Positions 49,433 to 60,458 of a DNA stretch of 64,000 bases are shown piece by piece. The stretch covers positions 480,001 to 544,000 of the forward strand of contig CAVSDR010000003.1 in the NCBI GenBank assembly GCA_963726745.1, in the 5' to 3' direction. The position numbers and the translations under genes were made by a program. Each line of letters starts with the position of its first letter. Position 1 is the stretch's first letter. Origin of the DNA: an uncultured Verrucomicrobiae bacterium (GTDB lineage: Bacteria; Verrucomicrobiota; Verrucomicrobiia; Chthoniobacterales; UBA10450). Below the pieces are notes generated by a model. It was not told the DNA's origin and ran no database searches. It was given only the letters and a program-made list of their open reading frames with translations.

Positions 49433-49894
49433 ATGAACACCGAAGACCGCGAAAAAATCGTCACCGAATTGAAGCGCGCTTACGCCGCCGAGCTCGAGAC
49501 GGTGCAAAATTACCTGGCTAACTCGATCGACCTCGATGGCGTCCGCGCCGAGGAGATCAAGAAAGCGCTCAGCCTCGACATCCAGGAGGAGCTGGGCCAC
49601 GCGACCATGCTCGGGAAGCGGATCAAGGTCCTCGGCGGCCGCGTTCCCGGCTCGCTCGAGCTGGAGCGCCTGCAGAAATACATGCAGCCGCCGGAGAACT
49701 CGACCGACCTGACCGCGGTCATCCGGGGCGTGATCGAGGCCGAGGATGCCGCGATCGCGCAATACGAAAAGATCATCAAGCTCTGCGACGGCGCCGATTA
49801 CGTGACCCAGGACCTTGCGATCACCATCCTTGGCGACGAACAGGAACACCGGCGCGCTTTCGTCGGTTACCTGACCGAGTTTGAGCGCAAATAG
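49433..49894 (+). CDS. Ferritin-like (bacterioferritin-related) protein
   Basis: E.E..NY, EE.GHA, E..AI..Y, DE.EH di-iron pattern. Confidence 0.85.
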   Translation: MNTEDREKIVTELKRAYAAELETVQNYLANSIDLDGVRAEEIKKALSLDIQEELGHATMLGKRIKVLGGRVPGSLELERLQKYMQPPENSTDLTAVIRGVIEAEDAAIAQYEKIIKLCDGADYVTQDLAITILGDEQEHRRAFVGYLTEFERK

Positions 49895-49905
49895 ACAGCA
49901 ATCTC

Positions 49906-50427
49906 TTGCCTCCCCCACCCGCAGCCACCACTGCCCTTCCCTGTGACCTTCGGCGCGCGACCACGAGCGACGCCGGTGTGATCGCGGAGCATCGCGCCCG
50001 CATGTGGCAGGACATGGGCGACGTCACGCCTAAGTTTTTCGAGGATCTGCGCACGCAATCGGAAGCCTGGCTACGGCCGGCGCTGGCAAGCGGCGAATAT
50101 GTCGGCTGGCTGGCGCATGTCACCGGCGAGATCATCGCCGGCGCGGGCGTGCAACTCCGCCGGGTGATGCCGCACCCCGCAAAAAGAGACGGCCAAACGA
50201 TGCGCGTGGCCGAGGGCCGGCATGGCCTCGTGATCAATGTTTTCACCGAGCCAGCCTGGCGCCGCCGCGGCGTTTCCGGGGCGCTCCTCGCGGAGATCAT
50301 TCGCTGGGCCACGAGCGAACAGCTCGACCGCCTGACGCTGCACGCTTCGCCCGCCGGCCAGCCACTTTACCAGCGCTTTGGTTTCGTCCGGACGAACGAG
50401 ATGCGGCTCGAGCCGGGCGCGCGCTAA
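49906..50427 (+). CDS. GNAT acetyltransferase
   Basis: NVFTEP.WRRRG, LHAS..G..LY.R.GF. Confidence 0.85.
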   Translation: MPPPPAATTALPCDLRRATTSDAGVIAEHRARMWQDMGDVTPKFFEDLRTQSEAWLRPALASGEYVGWLAHVTGEIIAGAGVQLRRVMPHPAKRDGQTMRVAEGRHGLVINVFTEPAWRRRGVSGALLAEIIRWATSEQLDRLTLHASPAGQPLYQRFGFVRTNEMRLEPGAR

Positions 50428-50496
50428 ACTTGCGCCGGAATCCGCCCGCGCTTACCAGACGTTTCACCAAAGAACCTCAACCGGAGATAAAAACTT

Positions 50497-50925
50497 ATGC
50501 CAGCACGTAAAGGATCAGCAGTTTGGGAAGGGACCCTGAAAGAGGGCAAAGGATCGATGAAACTCGGGAGCGGCGCCTACGAAGGACCGTTCTCGTTCCA
50601 CTCGCGCTTCGAGGAAGGCACGGGCACGAATCCCGAGGAATTGATCGGCGCGGCGCTCGCCGGCTGTTTCTCGATGGCGCTTTCCGCGAACCTGGAAAAG
50701 GCCGGCAAACCCGGCAAGCGCGTCCAGACCACAGCGAATGTGAAGCTGGAAATGGTCGATGGCGGTCCGAAGATCACCACCATCGAACTGGTGAACGAAT
50801 CGGAAGTCCCGGGAATGGATGACGCCGCCTTCCAGGAGCAGGCCGAGAAAACCAAGACCGGCTGCCCGGTTTCCAAGGCCCTCGCTGGAACGGAAATCAA
50901 GCTGACCGCAAAGTTGGTTGGCTGA
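50497..50925 (+). CDS. osmC: OsmC family peroxiredoxin
   Basis: A.WEG.LKEG.G, SRFE...GTNPEELI.AA.A.CFSMAL, CPVSKAL. Confidence 0.93.
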   Translation: MPARKGSAVWEGTLKEGKGSMKLGSGAYEGPFSFHSRFEEGTGTNPEELIGAALAGCFSMALSANLEKAGKPGKRVQTTANVKLEMVDGGPKITTIELVNESEVPGMDDAAFQEQAEKTKTGCPVSKALAGTEIKLTAKLVG

Positions 50926-50950
50926 CCTCTTCGAACTCCCGCAAACAAAT

Positions 50951-50988
50951 CGGGCGGCAGGAGTTCATCCTGCCGCCCGTTCTTTTTT
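50951..50988 (+). terminator. Intrinsic terminator
   Basis: CGGGCGGCAGGA-gttca-TCCTGCCGCCCG followed by TTCTTTTTT. Confidence 0.85.
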
Positions 50989-51005
50989 GGCCGTGAAGTC
51001 GTCGG

Positions 51006-52506
51006 CTATTTCCCCAGCTCGTAGAGATATTCCACAAACGACATCGCCGCCCCGTCGAAGCCTTGGATCTTCGGGTTCGCTCGACTCGATCAGGTAATAC
51101 TCATCCGGCGCGTGCGCCCCACTGCCGTGGCCGAGGCCGAAGTGCCCCGAGGCGAGGCTGAGCGGCGCATTCGTGAAGACGTAACCCGGATACGAACCGG
51201 CGTTGCGGGGCCACATGATCGCCTCAATCCCCATGCCCTTGAGCGTGGCGATCTGCGCCTGGATCAGAGGCGCGCTCGCCGGCGTGCTCGTCGGATCGTA
51301 GCCGCCGCTCATGTTTACCTCGATGTCGCCAAAGCCCTTCTTCTGCAGGTGCGCTTTCAACGCCGCGATCGCCCCGTCCGCGGTCATGCCGGGAACCAGC
51401 CGCAGGTCGAGCTTCGCCTCCGCGCGATGCGGCAGCACCGTCTTCCCGCCGGGCCCGGTGTAACCCGCGACCAAACCCTCGATGTTCACCGTCGGCTGCG
51501 ATTCCAGCCGCTCGTTCGCCTCCACCCACGGGAGGTCGCCGATCCATTTTTTCACCCCGAGCTGCTCCTTGCTCTGCGCTTCGCTACGAATCTTGGCCGC
51601 GTCCGCGATCATCTTTTTCTCCTCCGCGCTGATCGGCGTTGGCTTCGGATAACCCTCGATCGCGATCTCGTTCCCATCGTCCGAAACGAGGGTGTCGAGC
51701 GCCTTCACTAAATGCCAGACCGGGCTGTCGACCATCGCCTTGAGCGACGAGTGGATGTCTTTCGCCGGGCCGCGGCCCCACTTTTCGCCGCTGGCAATGA
51801 GCTGGACCTCGATCACGCCTTTCGCGCCCAGGCTCACCTGCACGTTGCCCTCGCGATCCTGCGTCGCCGAGGGCATGAAAACGCCGACTGTTTTCTTCAA
51901 GGCCGCTTCCACTTCCGGCGTGTGCACGATCTGGCCGATGTGCGGCGAGCCGATCTCCTCCTCGCCTTCCGCCACCAGGACGATGTTTACCGGCATGGTT
52001 TTGCCCGCGCCCTTGATCGCGTGCAGCGCCGCGAGCAACGCGGCCTGCGGACCCTTTTGGTTGACCGCGCCGCGGCCGACGATCGCCTTGCCCAGACCGG
52101 GCTTGTCGACCAGCGCGGCATCGAGCGGGGGCGAGGTCCACTCCTTCGGGTCGAATTGCTTCACGTCATACATGAAATAAAGGCCCACGGTGTTCTTCGC
52201 GCCCGCATCGAGCGTAGCGAAGACGCCCGGCTTGCCCTCGGTCTTGATCACTTTCGCCTGCTGAAAGCCGGCCTCCTTGGCCAGCTTCATCATATACTCA
52301 GCGCCTTCTGCGGAATTCAGATCCTCCGCCGCGATCGAGGGCAGCTTGATCCAATCTTGCAGGCGCTTGACCGCTTCGTCGTGGCGCTTGGCGATCTCCG
52401 CCTTGATCGGCGCGAGGTCGGTCTCGGCAGCTCGCAGCGGCGGCGCGAAAGTGCTGGCTAAGGCGAATACGGAGAGGGTGGATGCGACGAGGAAAGTTCG
52501 ACTCAT
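51006..52506 (-). CDS. Secreted M20-family peptidase; 1-base insertion at ~51078
   Basis: MYDV, GRGA.N.KG, EGEEE.GS, AHAPDEY; the restored C-terminus NPKIQGFDGAAMSFVEYLYELGK* ends before the terminator. Confidence 0.85.
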
Positions 52507-52589
52507 GACGTTGGATATCGACCTCGCCGCGCCGCGGCGCAACCGCCTAAAGGCATGGACTCGTTAGCCGGGCAGCGCATACTTCCCGC

Positions 52590-53720
52590 ATGGAGAAAGC
52601 GAACGTCAGCCGGGCCAGCTTCCGCACCGCCTTTGTTCTCCTGCTCGTGCTCGGCGTCTCGCTGCTTTTTCTCGCGGTCATCTGGCCGTTTGCGAAGCCG
52701 CTCCTCCTGGGCGCACTGCTCGCCGGCCTCTTCCGTCCGCTCTACCACTGGACCCTGCGCCGCCTCGGCGGGCGCGAATCGCTCGCCGCCGCGCTCACCC
52801 TCCTGATGTTGTTCCTTCTCATCGTCGGCCCGATCAGCGCCTTTCTCGGCGTGGTCGTGCAACAGGCGGTGAGCGTCAGCACGGAGGCGCTGCCTTGGGT
52901 GCAGGATCACCTCGGCTCAGCCAGCGCTTTCAACGCGCACGATTGGCTCGTGGGCCGCTTCCCGAGCGTGGCCAATTACATCCCGCAGCAGGAACGAATC
53001 GCCGCCAACGCCGCGCGCCTGGCCAAGGCGGCCGGCAGCTTCCTGGTGGCCGGGGCGACCCAGTTCACCGCCGGCACCGCGGCCTTTCTCCTCGATCTTT
53101 TCGTGATGCTTTACGCGATGTTTTTCTTCCTGCGCGACGGCCGGAAAATAATCGAGCGCGTCTTCTATTACATCCCGCTCGATCATCGCGACGAGTCCCG
53201 CCTGCTCGAGCGCCTTTCCTCGGTCACGCGGGCCACGGTCAAGGGCACGCTCGTCATCGGCATCATCCAGGGCGCGCTCGCCGGGCTCGCCTTCTGGGCT
53301 GTGGGTCTCGACGGCGCGGCCTTTTGGGGAACGCTCATGGCGCTCCTCTCAGTGGTGCCCGGGATTGGTTCCGCGCTCATCTGGGTGCCCGCAGTCATCT
53401 ATCTCTACGTCATCGGCGAAACCTTGCGCGCCACCTTGCTCCTCGCCTGGTGCGCCGCCGTCGTCGGCACGATCGATAACGTCCTCCGCCCCACCCTCGT
53501 GGGGAAAGATGCCAAGATGCCTGACCTTCTGATCCTCGTGGGCACCCTCGGTGGCCTCTATCTCTTCGGGCCCATGGGCTTCATCGTCGGCCCGCTGGTC
53601 TGCGGACTTTTCCTGACCGTCTGGGGCATCTACGGGACCACCTTCAAAGACATCCTCCCGTCAGTCCGTAATCTCGAGACCGGCCAACTCGAAAAGCCCA
53701 CCGATACCATGCGCGACTAG
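52590..53720 (+). CDS. AI-2E family transporter
   Basis: Multi-TM; FF.LRDG, QG..AG, PG.GSAL.W.P, IDN.LRP.L, GG..LFG..G.I.GP. Confidence 0.9.
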   Translation: MEKANVSRASFRTAFVLLLVLGVSLLFLAVIWPFAKPLLLGALLAGLFRPLYHWTLRRLGGRESLAAALTLLMLFLLIVGPISAFLGVVVQQAVSVSTEALPWVQDHLGSASAFNAHDWLVGRFPSVANYIPQQERIAANAARLAKAAGSFLVAGATQFTAGTAAFLLDLFVMLYAMFFFLRDGRKIIERVFYYIPLDHRDESRLLERLSSVTRATVKGTLVIGIIQGALAGLAFWAVGLDGAAFWGTLMALLSVVPGIGSALIWVPAVIYLYVIGETLRATLLLAWCAAVVGTIDNVLRPTLVGKDAKMPDLLILVGTLGGLYLFGPMGFIVGPLVCGLFLTVWGIYGTTFKDILPSVRNLETGQLEKPTDTMRD

Positions 53721-55858
53721 AGCAGAAGACTTTCCTGCTGCGGCGCTTTCGTCTCGGCGGTCACGCCGGCAAATTTCTTCACCAGGTCGTCCAGCTTCCC
53801 GACGTAGTAGTCGACATTTTCATCGCGCGCCTGCGGGTCGAAGTCGCTGGCTAATTTCGCCGCCTCATAGGCCGCGACCTTCTTCGGCGTGGCCTTGATG
53901 TAGTAGCTGATCTGGTCGCCCGGCTTGTAGTTCCGGCCGCTGGCCAGTGCGAGTTCGTAGGCCGCCGCGCGGTTCCGCCCGCCGCCGCCGATCTTCGCGC
54001 GATACTTGTCGAGCGAGTCCTGGAGCGTGTCCGTCTTCATGAGCAACTCGATCGGCATCTCGCCGCTCCGCATCCGCTGCTCGTATTGTTCGCGCAGTTC
54101 CGGGATCGACTCCGGTTTCCCCTGCATCAGGAGCTTGATCATCTCCTCGAGGAAGACGCGCTGGAATTTCTCCAGCCCGCGCGACTTGAGCGCGCCGCCC
54201 TTGATGATCACCTCGCCGTCCTTCGCGAGGAGCGCGTAGTTCTTCGCCTTGTAGCTGAACATCGCCTCGAATTGCTCGTCGAACTCCACCTCGATCCCTG
54301 GCGGCAGCTCCTTGCCTAACGAGTCGCGCAACTGCTCCGCGTCCGCTTTCGGCGGCGGGACAAAATAAATTCCGTCGGTGTCGACCTCGATTACCTGCGC
54401 GCCCTGCGCCTTCAGCCATTCGATCATCTGTCGGAGCAGGTCGCGCCCGATCTGGGTCACGCGCGCGGCCGCGTCGAAGTCGGCGAAGTTCCCCTGCGCG
54501 AAGCCGAGGTAGCCGTAGAAGCTGTTGATCAGGATTTTGAAAGTGTTCTGGAGCGCGTGGAAATGCCGCTGCCGCGCGGTGTCCTTCTCCGCGCGCATGC
54601 TCGCTTTCGCCTCCAGCCGAAAGGTGCGCAGATCGGTCAACAGATGCCGGAAGATCTGCAGCTGGTCGGTCGTCGGGAAGCAATCGAACTGCAGCATCAC
54701 GCTCGGGTAAAGCGAAGCGATGTCGCAATGCCAGACATCGCGCGCCACGCCAGTAAAGAAGATGTCGGTGTAGCCGCCCTCGAAGCCGCGCGCCGTCGGC
54801 ATCTCCGGGATGCTATGGCGCTGGCGCAGGTATTCGCGCAGGAAGAGCGCATTGATCCGGGTGGCGTTTCCGCGCACGATCACGTCCTGGTAGTTGTAGG
54901 GAAAAATTTGCGCCTGGATGAAGTAGCTTGGGCTCAGTAACTCCGCGATCGCCCTTGTTTCCCGCACCGCGCAGAGCGCCGGAGCTTCCGCTTTTTCGCA
55001 GAACCCGAAATGCTGCGCCACGTCCGCCCGCTCGAAGCCGCTGAGCGCGCGCATCCCGACGTCGTAAAACTGCGCGAGCAGGAAAGTGTCGACAAAATGC
55101 CGGCCATCGACCGCGAACTTCGGGTAATCGATCGTCTTCTCCGCGATCTGCAGGCGCGACGGGCGCGAACGGAGGAAGCCACCACTCCGGCCCCAGTCGA
55201 GCTTGGTCTTCGCCTTGCGTGCGCGGGCCACGAGATACGGCAGATCGAAGCGAAAGAGGTCGTGCCCCTCAATCACGTCCGGATCGCGCTCCTTGATCAG
55301 ACTCGTTAGGCGCTTGATCGCCGCGTGCTCGGACGCCTCGGCGTTGTCCGCGTCGATCACGATCAACTCCTCCCAGCCGCTGTTATCCGAAAGCGCGATG
55401 CTGGCGATGGGCTGCTGCGAGGCTTCGGCCAGATCGCCTTCGCCGGAGAGCGGAATAATCTCGAGCTGCAAGCGCTTCAATTCCTCCAACGCCATCCCCT
55501 TGAAAAGCGTGCGCCCGGTCGCGCTCAAGTAGTGTTGCACCGGATCGCTCAGGGCAAAGAAGTCGCGCCCGGCTTTCTTCAAGCCATTGCGCAGCGCGAT
55601 CAATTCCTTCCAGCTCTCGACCGTGACCAGCCAGTTGTAGCGCAAGTCGCCGGCTAATTTCTCAGCGTTCGTTAGGCCGAGATCGGCCACGTCGCCATCG
55701 GCCCAGAGGAAAGGCCGGAAGGGCTCGACCTCGACCGCCGTGCTGCCATCCTTTTCCCGGCGGTAAACCCGCATCGTGCCGGTGTCGCCTAGCTCGAGCG
55801 CGACGATGCGCGCGCTCGGGTCCGCGCCGAAGAGCAATTGGTTGTCCTCGAAAGCCAC
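53717..55858 (-). CDS. Family B DNA polymerase
   Basis: Motif A DIASLYPS, motif B KILINSFYG, motif C DTDGIYF. Confidence 0.92.
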   Translation of the reverse strand: MAFEDNQLLFGADPSARIVALELGDTGTMRVYRREKDGSTAVEVEPFRPFLWADGDVADLGLTNAEKLAGDLRYNWLVTVESWKELIALRNGLKKAGRDFFALSDPVQHYLSATGRTLFKGMALEELKRLQLEIIPLSGEGDLAEASQQPIASIALSDNSGWEELIVIDADNAEASEHAAIKRLTSLIKERDPDVIEGHDLFRFDLPYLVARARKAKTKLDWGRSGGFLRSRPSRLQIAEKTIDYPKFAVDGRHFVDTFLLAQFYDVGMRALSGFERADVAQHFGFCEKAEAPALCAVRETRAIAELLSPSYFIQAQIFPYNYQDVIVRGNATRINALFLREYLRQRHSIPEMPTARGFEGGYTDIFFTGVARDVWHCDIASLYPSVMLQFDCFPTTDQLQIFRHLLTDLRTFRLEAKASMRAEKDTARQRHFHALQNTFKILINSFYGYLGFAQGNFADFDAAARVTQIGRDLLRQMIEWLKAQGAQVIEVDTDGIYFVPPPKADAEQLRDSLGKELPPGIEVEFDEQFEAMFSYKAKNYALLAKDGEVIIKGGALKSRGLEKFQRVFLEEMIKLLMQGKPESIPELREQYEQRMRSGEMPIELLMKTDTLQDSLDKYRAKIGGGGRNRAAAYELALASGRNYKPGDQISYYIKATPKKVAAYEAAKLASDFDPQARDENVDYYVGKLDDLVKKFAGVTAETKAPQQESLLL

Positions 55859-55915
55859 GGTGGACGGTGCCCGACTTCCCCGCCGCTGACAACCGTGCGC
55901 GCGCCGCCGGCGCGC

Positions 55916-57158
<1,243 letters not shown>

Positions 57159-57175
<17 letters not shown>

Positions 57176-58745
57176 AGCCAGGGAGAGTGAGGAATTCCGC
57201 AAAGTCATCGTCGGTCGTGATCCGGTCGAACAGCTCCCGCGCGTCTTCAAAACGGTCGCCTTCAAAGCGTTTCACCCGGCCGAGTTCCTCGGCGAGCACG
57301 CTCCGGAAAAGCTCCTTCGTCACCTTCCGCCCGTCATCGAGTTTGCCTTCGGGATGGCGAATCCATTGCCAGACCTGCGCGCGCGAGATCTCCGCAGTGG
57401 CGGCGTCTTCCATCAAATTAAACAGCGGGACGGCGCCGCTCCCGCGCAGCCACGCTTCGAGGTATTGCACCCCCACGCTGATGTTCTGCCGCAGGCCGGC
57501 CTCGGTGATCGGGCCGCTCGGGCCAAAGTCCAACAAGTCGTTAGCCGACACTTTCACCTCGGCGCGCGCGCGGTCGATTTGGTTCGGCTCGGGCATCGCC
57601 GCGTTGAAAGCCTCGAGCGCGAGCTGGACCATGCCGGGGTGCGCCACCCAGGTGCCGTCGTGCCCGTCGGCCGCCTCGCGCTCCTTGTCGGTGCGCACCT
57701 TGGCAAAGGCGGCCGCGTTCGCGGTCTCGTCGTTTTTCACCGGGATCTGCGCGGCCATGCCGCCCATCGCGAAGGTCTTGCGCCGGTGACAGGTCTGGAT
57801 GCAGAGGAGCGAATAGGAATGCATGAAATGCGTCGTCATCGTGATCAAGCCGCGGTCGCCTAACAAGAAGTCGGGCTTGTTCCGGAAACGCTTGATGCAG
57901 GAGAAAATGTAATCCCAGCGGCCGCAGTTCAGCCCGGCGGAATGCTCGCGCAGCTCGTAGAGAATTTCGTCCATCTCGAAGGCGGCCGGGATGGTCTCGA
58001 TGAGCACGGTCGCGCGGATGGAACCTTGCGGCAGACCCAGTTCCTCCTGCGCGAGCCGGAAGACGTCGTTCCAGATTCGGGCCTCGAGATGGCTCTCCAT
58101 CTTCGGCAGATAAAAATACGGGCCGCTCCCGCGCGCGCGCAGTTCCTGCGCGTTGTGAAAGAAGTAGAGCCCGAAGTCGAAGAGCCCGCCGCTGACCGGC
58201 GCGCCATCGACCAGGAGGTGCTTCTCCACCAGGTGCCAACCGCGCGGCCTAACGAGCAAAGTCGCTGTCTGTTCCTTGAGGCGGTATTCTTTCCCCGCGG
58301 GATTGGTGAAGCTGATCGTGCGCCGAATGGCATCGCGCAGATTGATCTGCCCCTCGACCATGTTTTCCCACGTGGGCGAGTTCGCATCCTCGAAATCGGC
58401 CATGAACATTTTCGCGCCGGAGTTGAGCGCGTTGATCACCATCTTGCGATCGGTCGGGCCGGTGATCTCGACGCGGCGATCGCGCAGGTCGGCCGGGATG
58501 GAGGCGCAGGTCCAGTCGTCTTCGCGGATCGCTTTGGTTTCCGCGAGGAAATCGAGCGTGCCGCCCGCGTCGAGCATCGCCTGGCGTTCCTGCCGACGCT
58601 CGAGCGCTTCGCGGCGGCGGGCATCGAAGGCGCGATGCAACTTCGCGACGAAGGCGAGCGCCTCCGGCGTGAGGATTTCCGCAAAGCCGGGACGGAGCGC
58701 GCCGCGCACTTCAACGCCGGGAGGAAGCTTGGGATCGTGAGCCAT
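57159..58745 (-). CDS. aceB: Malate synthase A
   Basis: [56 protein letters not shown]. Confidence 0.97.
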
Positions 58746-58835
58746 AGGTTCACTAACGAATCGCCTGCGCCGGAGTCTTCGCGCTCATCTGCATCCCGTT
58801 TGGCGAGGCGCGCAACCTTGCGTATGCTCGCGGCC

Positions 58836-60173
58836 ATGAAGCTTCGCCTCCTTTTCGTGGCCGCGCTCGCGCCCGCGCTCTCCACCTTCGCCCAGCAGAC
58901 CCCGCAACAGATCGCGGAGGCGGAGTTGCCCTCGCTCCTCACGATCTACAAGGATCTCCATGCGCATCCGGAATTGTCCGGGCATGAGGAGAAATCTTCT
59001 GCGCTGATCGCGAAGGAACTGAAGGCGCTCGGCGTCGAGGTGACGGAGAAGGTGGGGAAATACGAAAAGCCGGGGAGCGTTCCTTTCGGTGTCGTGGGCG
59101 TGATGAAGAACGGCGCCGGCCCGACCGTGCTCGTGCGCACCGATATGGACGCGCTCCCGGTAGAGGAGGAAACCGGCCTGCCCTACGCGAGCAAGGACAC
59201 GGCGAAGAACGACGAAGGCAAGGAAGTAAAAGTGATGCAGGCCTGCGGACACGACATTCACATGTCGTCGTTTATCGGCGTAGCCCGCGCCCTTGCGAAG
59301 CTGAAGGATCAGTGGAAAGGGACGATCATTTTCGTGGGACAACCGGCGGAAGAACTCGGCACCGGCGCCCGCGCGATGCTGAACGACGGCCTCTACACCC
59401 GCTGGCCAAAGCCGGATTTTGCCATCGGATTTCATGACAAGGCCGACCTGCCCGCGGGGAAAATCGGCGTGACCGAAGGCTACACCTACGCGGCGGTGGA
59501 TTCGGTCGACGTGACCGTGCACGGCATCGGCGGCCACGGCGCCTACCCGCACAAGACGAAAGACCCGGTGGTCATGGCGGCGGAGATGGTCATGCTCTGG
59601 CAGACGATCGCCTCCCGCGAAAACAACCCACTCGACCCCGTGGTCGTAACCGTCGGCTCGATCCACGGCGGGACGAAGCACAACATCATTTCCAACGAAG
59701 TGAAGATGCAGCTGACGGTGCGCACTTATAAGAAGGAAGTGCGCGACCGGGTGCTGGCTGCGATCGCGCGGATCGCCAAAGGCGTAGGTGTCGCCGCCGG
59801 CCTGCCGGACGACAAGCTCCCGCAAGTGACGGTGCGCGAGGGCGAGTTTACACCTGCGACTTACAACAATCCCGAGCTGACCAAGCGCCTCGTGGCCGTG
59901 TGGAAGAAGTCGTTAGGCGCGGACAACGTCGAGATGGTCGATGCGACCATGGGCGGCGAGGATTTCTCGGAGTATAGCCTGCCGGATCACTCCATCCCGG
60001 CGGTAGATTTTCACGTGGGCGCGGTCGCACCGGAAACGATCGCCGCCGCGCAAAAGAACGGCACTTCGCTTCCCAGCCTGCACTCGAGCAAATTCGCGCC
60101 CGTGCCCGAGCCGACCATCCGCACGGCCGTGATCGGCGTGACCGCCGCGGTGCTCGACTTGATGAAAAAGTAG
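58836..60173 (+). CDS. Secreted M20D amidohydrolase
   Basis: LH.HPELS..E, RTDMDALP, ACGHD.H, QPAEE, G.GGHGA.PH, MGGEDF, LHS. Confidence 0.92.
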   Translation: MKLRLLFVAALAPALSTFAQQTPQQIAEAELPSLLTIYKDLHAHPELSGHEEKSSALIAKELKALGVEVTEKVGKYEKPGSVPFGVVGVMKNGAGPTVLVRTDMDALPVEEETGLPYASKDTAKNDEGKEVKVMQACGHDIHMSSFIGVARALAKLKDQWKGTIIFVGQPAEELGTGARAMLNDGLYTRWPKPDFAIGFHDKADLPAGKIGVTEGYTYAAVDSVDVTVHGIGGHGAYPHKTKDPVVMAAEMVMLWQTIASRENNPLDPVVVTVGSIHGGTKHNIISNEVKMQLTVRTYKKEVRDRVLAAIARIAKGVGVAAGLPDDKLPQVTVREGEFTPATYNNPELTKRLVAVWKKSLGADNVEMVDATMGGEDFSEYSLPDHSIPAVDFHVGAVAPETIAAAQKNGTSLPSLHSSKFAPVPEPTIRTAVIGVTAAVLDLMKK

Positions 60174-60458
60174 CGCGCCCACCCTGCGTGGGTCTTCCCT
60201 GCGCAGTTCCTTGGGTCGTCGTCATAGAAGTGCAAAAAATGCACCAATACGGCGCACCGATAGAGATTGCTTTTCTGGCGTCCGGCCGTCACGCTCGCGC
60301 TCACTAAGGAGGGCTCGACGCCCTGTGAAGTTTTCGATTCAGCGGCAGACTTTAACTCTCCTAAGCTCCCTGCGGCTGATGTGCCCGCGGGTTTTGGCAA
60401 ACGCTTGGACCGTCACCCGAAGTAAGCCGGTCGCACCGGCATTGTGCAGTTTCTTCGT

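Noticed and set aside
225..51080. About eight frameshifts (~231, ~4860, ~25375, ~32310, ~40050, ~44935, ~47130, ~51078) as pseudogenes or programmed frameshifts
   Set aside because: All are single extra bases, they share no slippery motif, and they hit normally essential genes (lpxD, glmS) that are otherwise intact. Sequencing or consensus error is the simplest explanation; read mapping would confirm.
60380..60450. c-di-GMP-I riboswitch suggested by GGCAAAC upstream of the large surface protein
   Set aside because: It lacks the GNRA/receptor stems and the downstream GCAAAG element.
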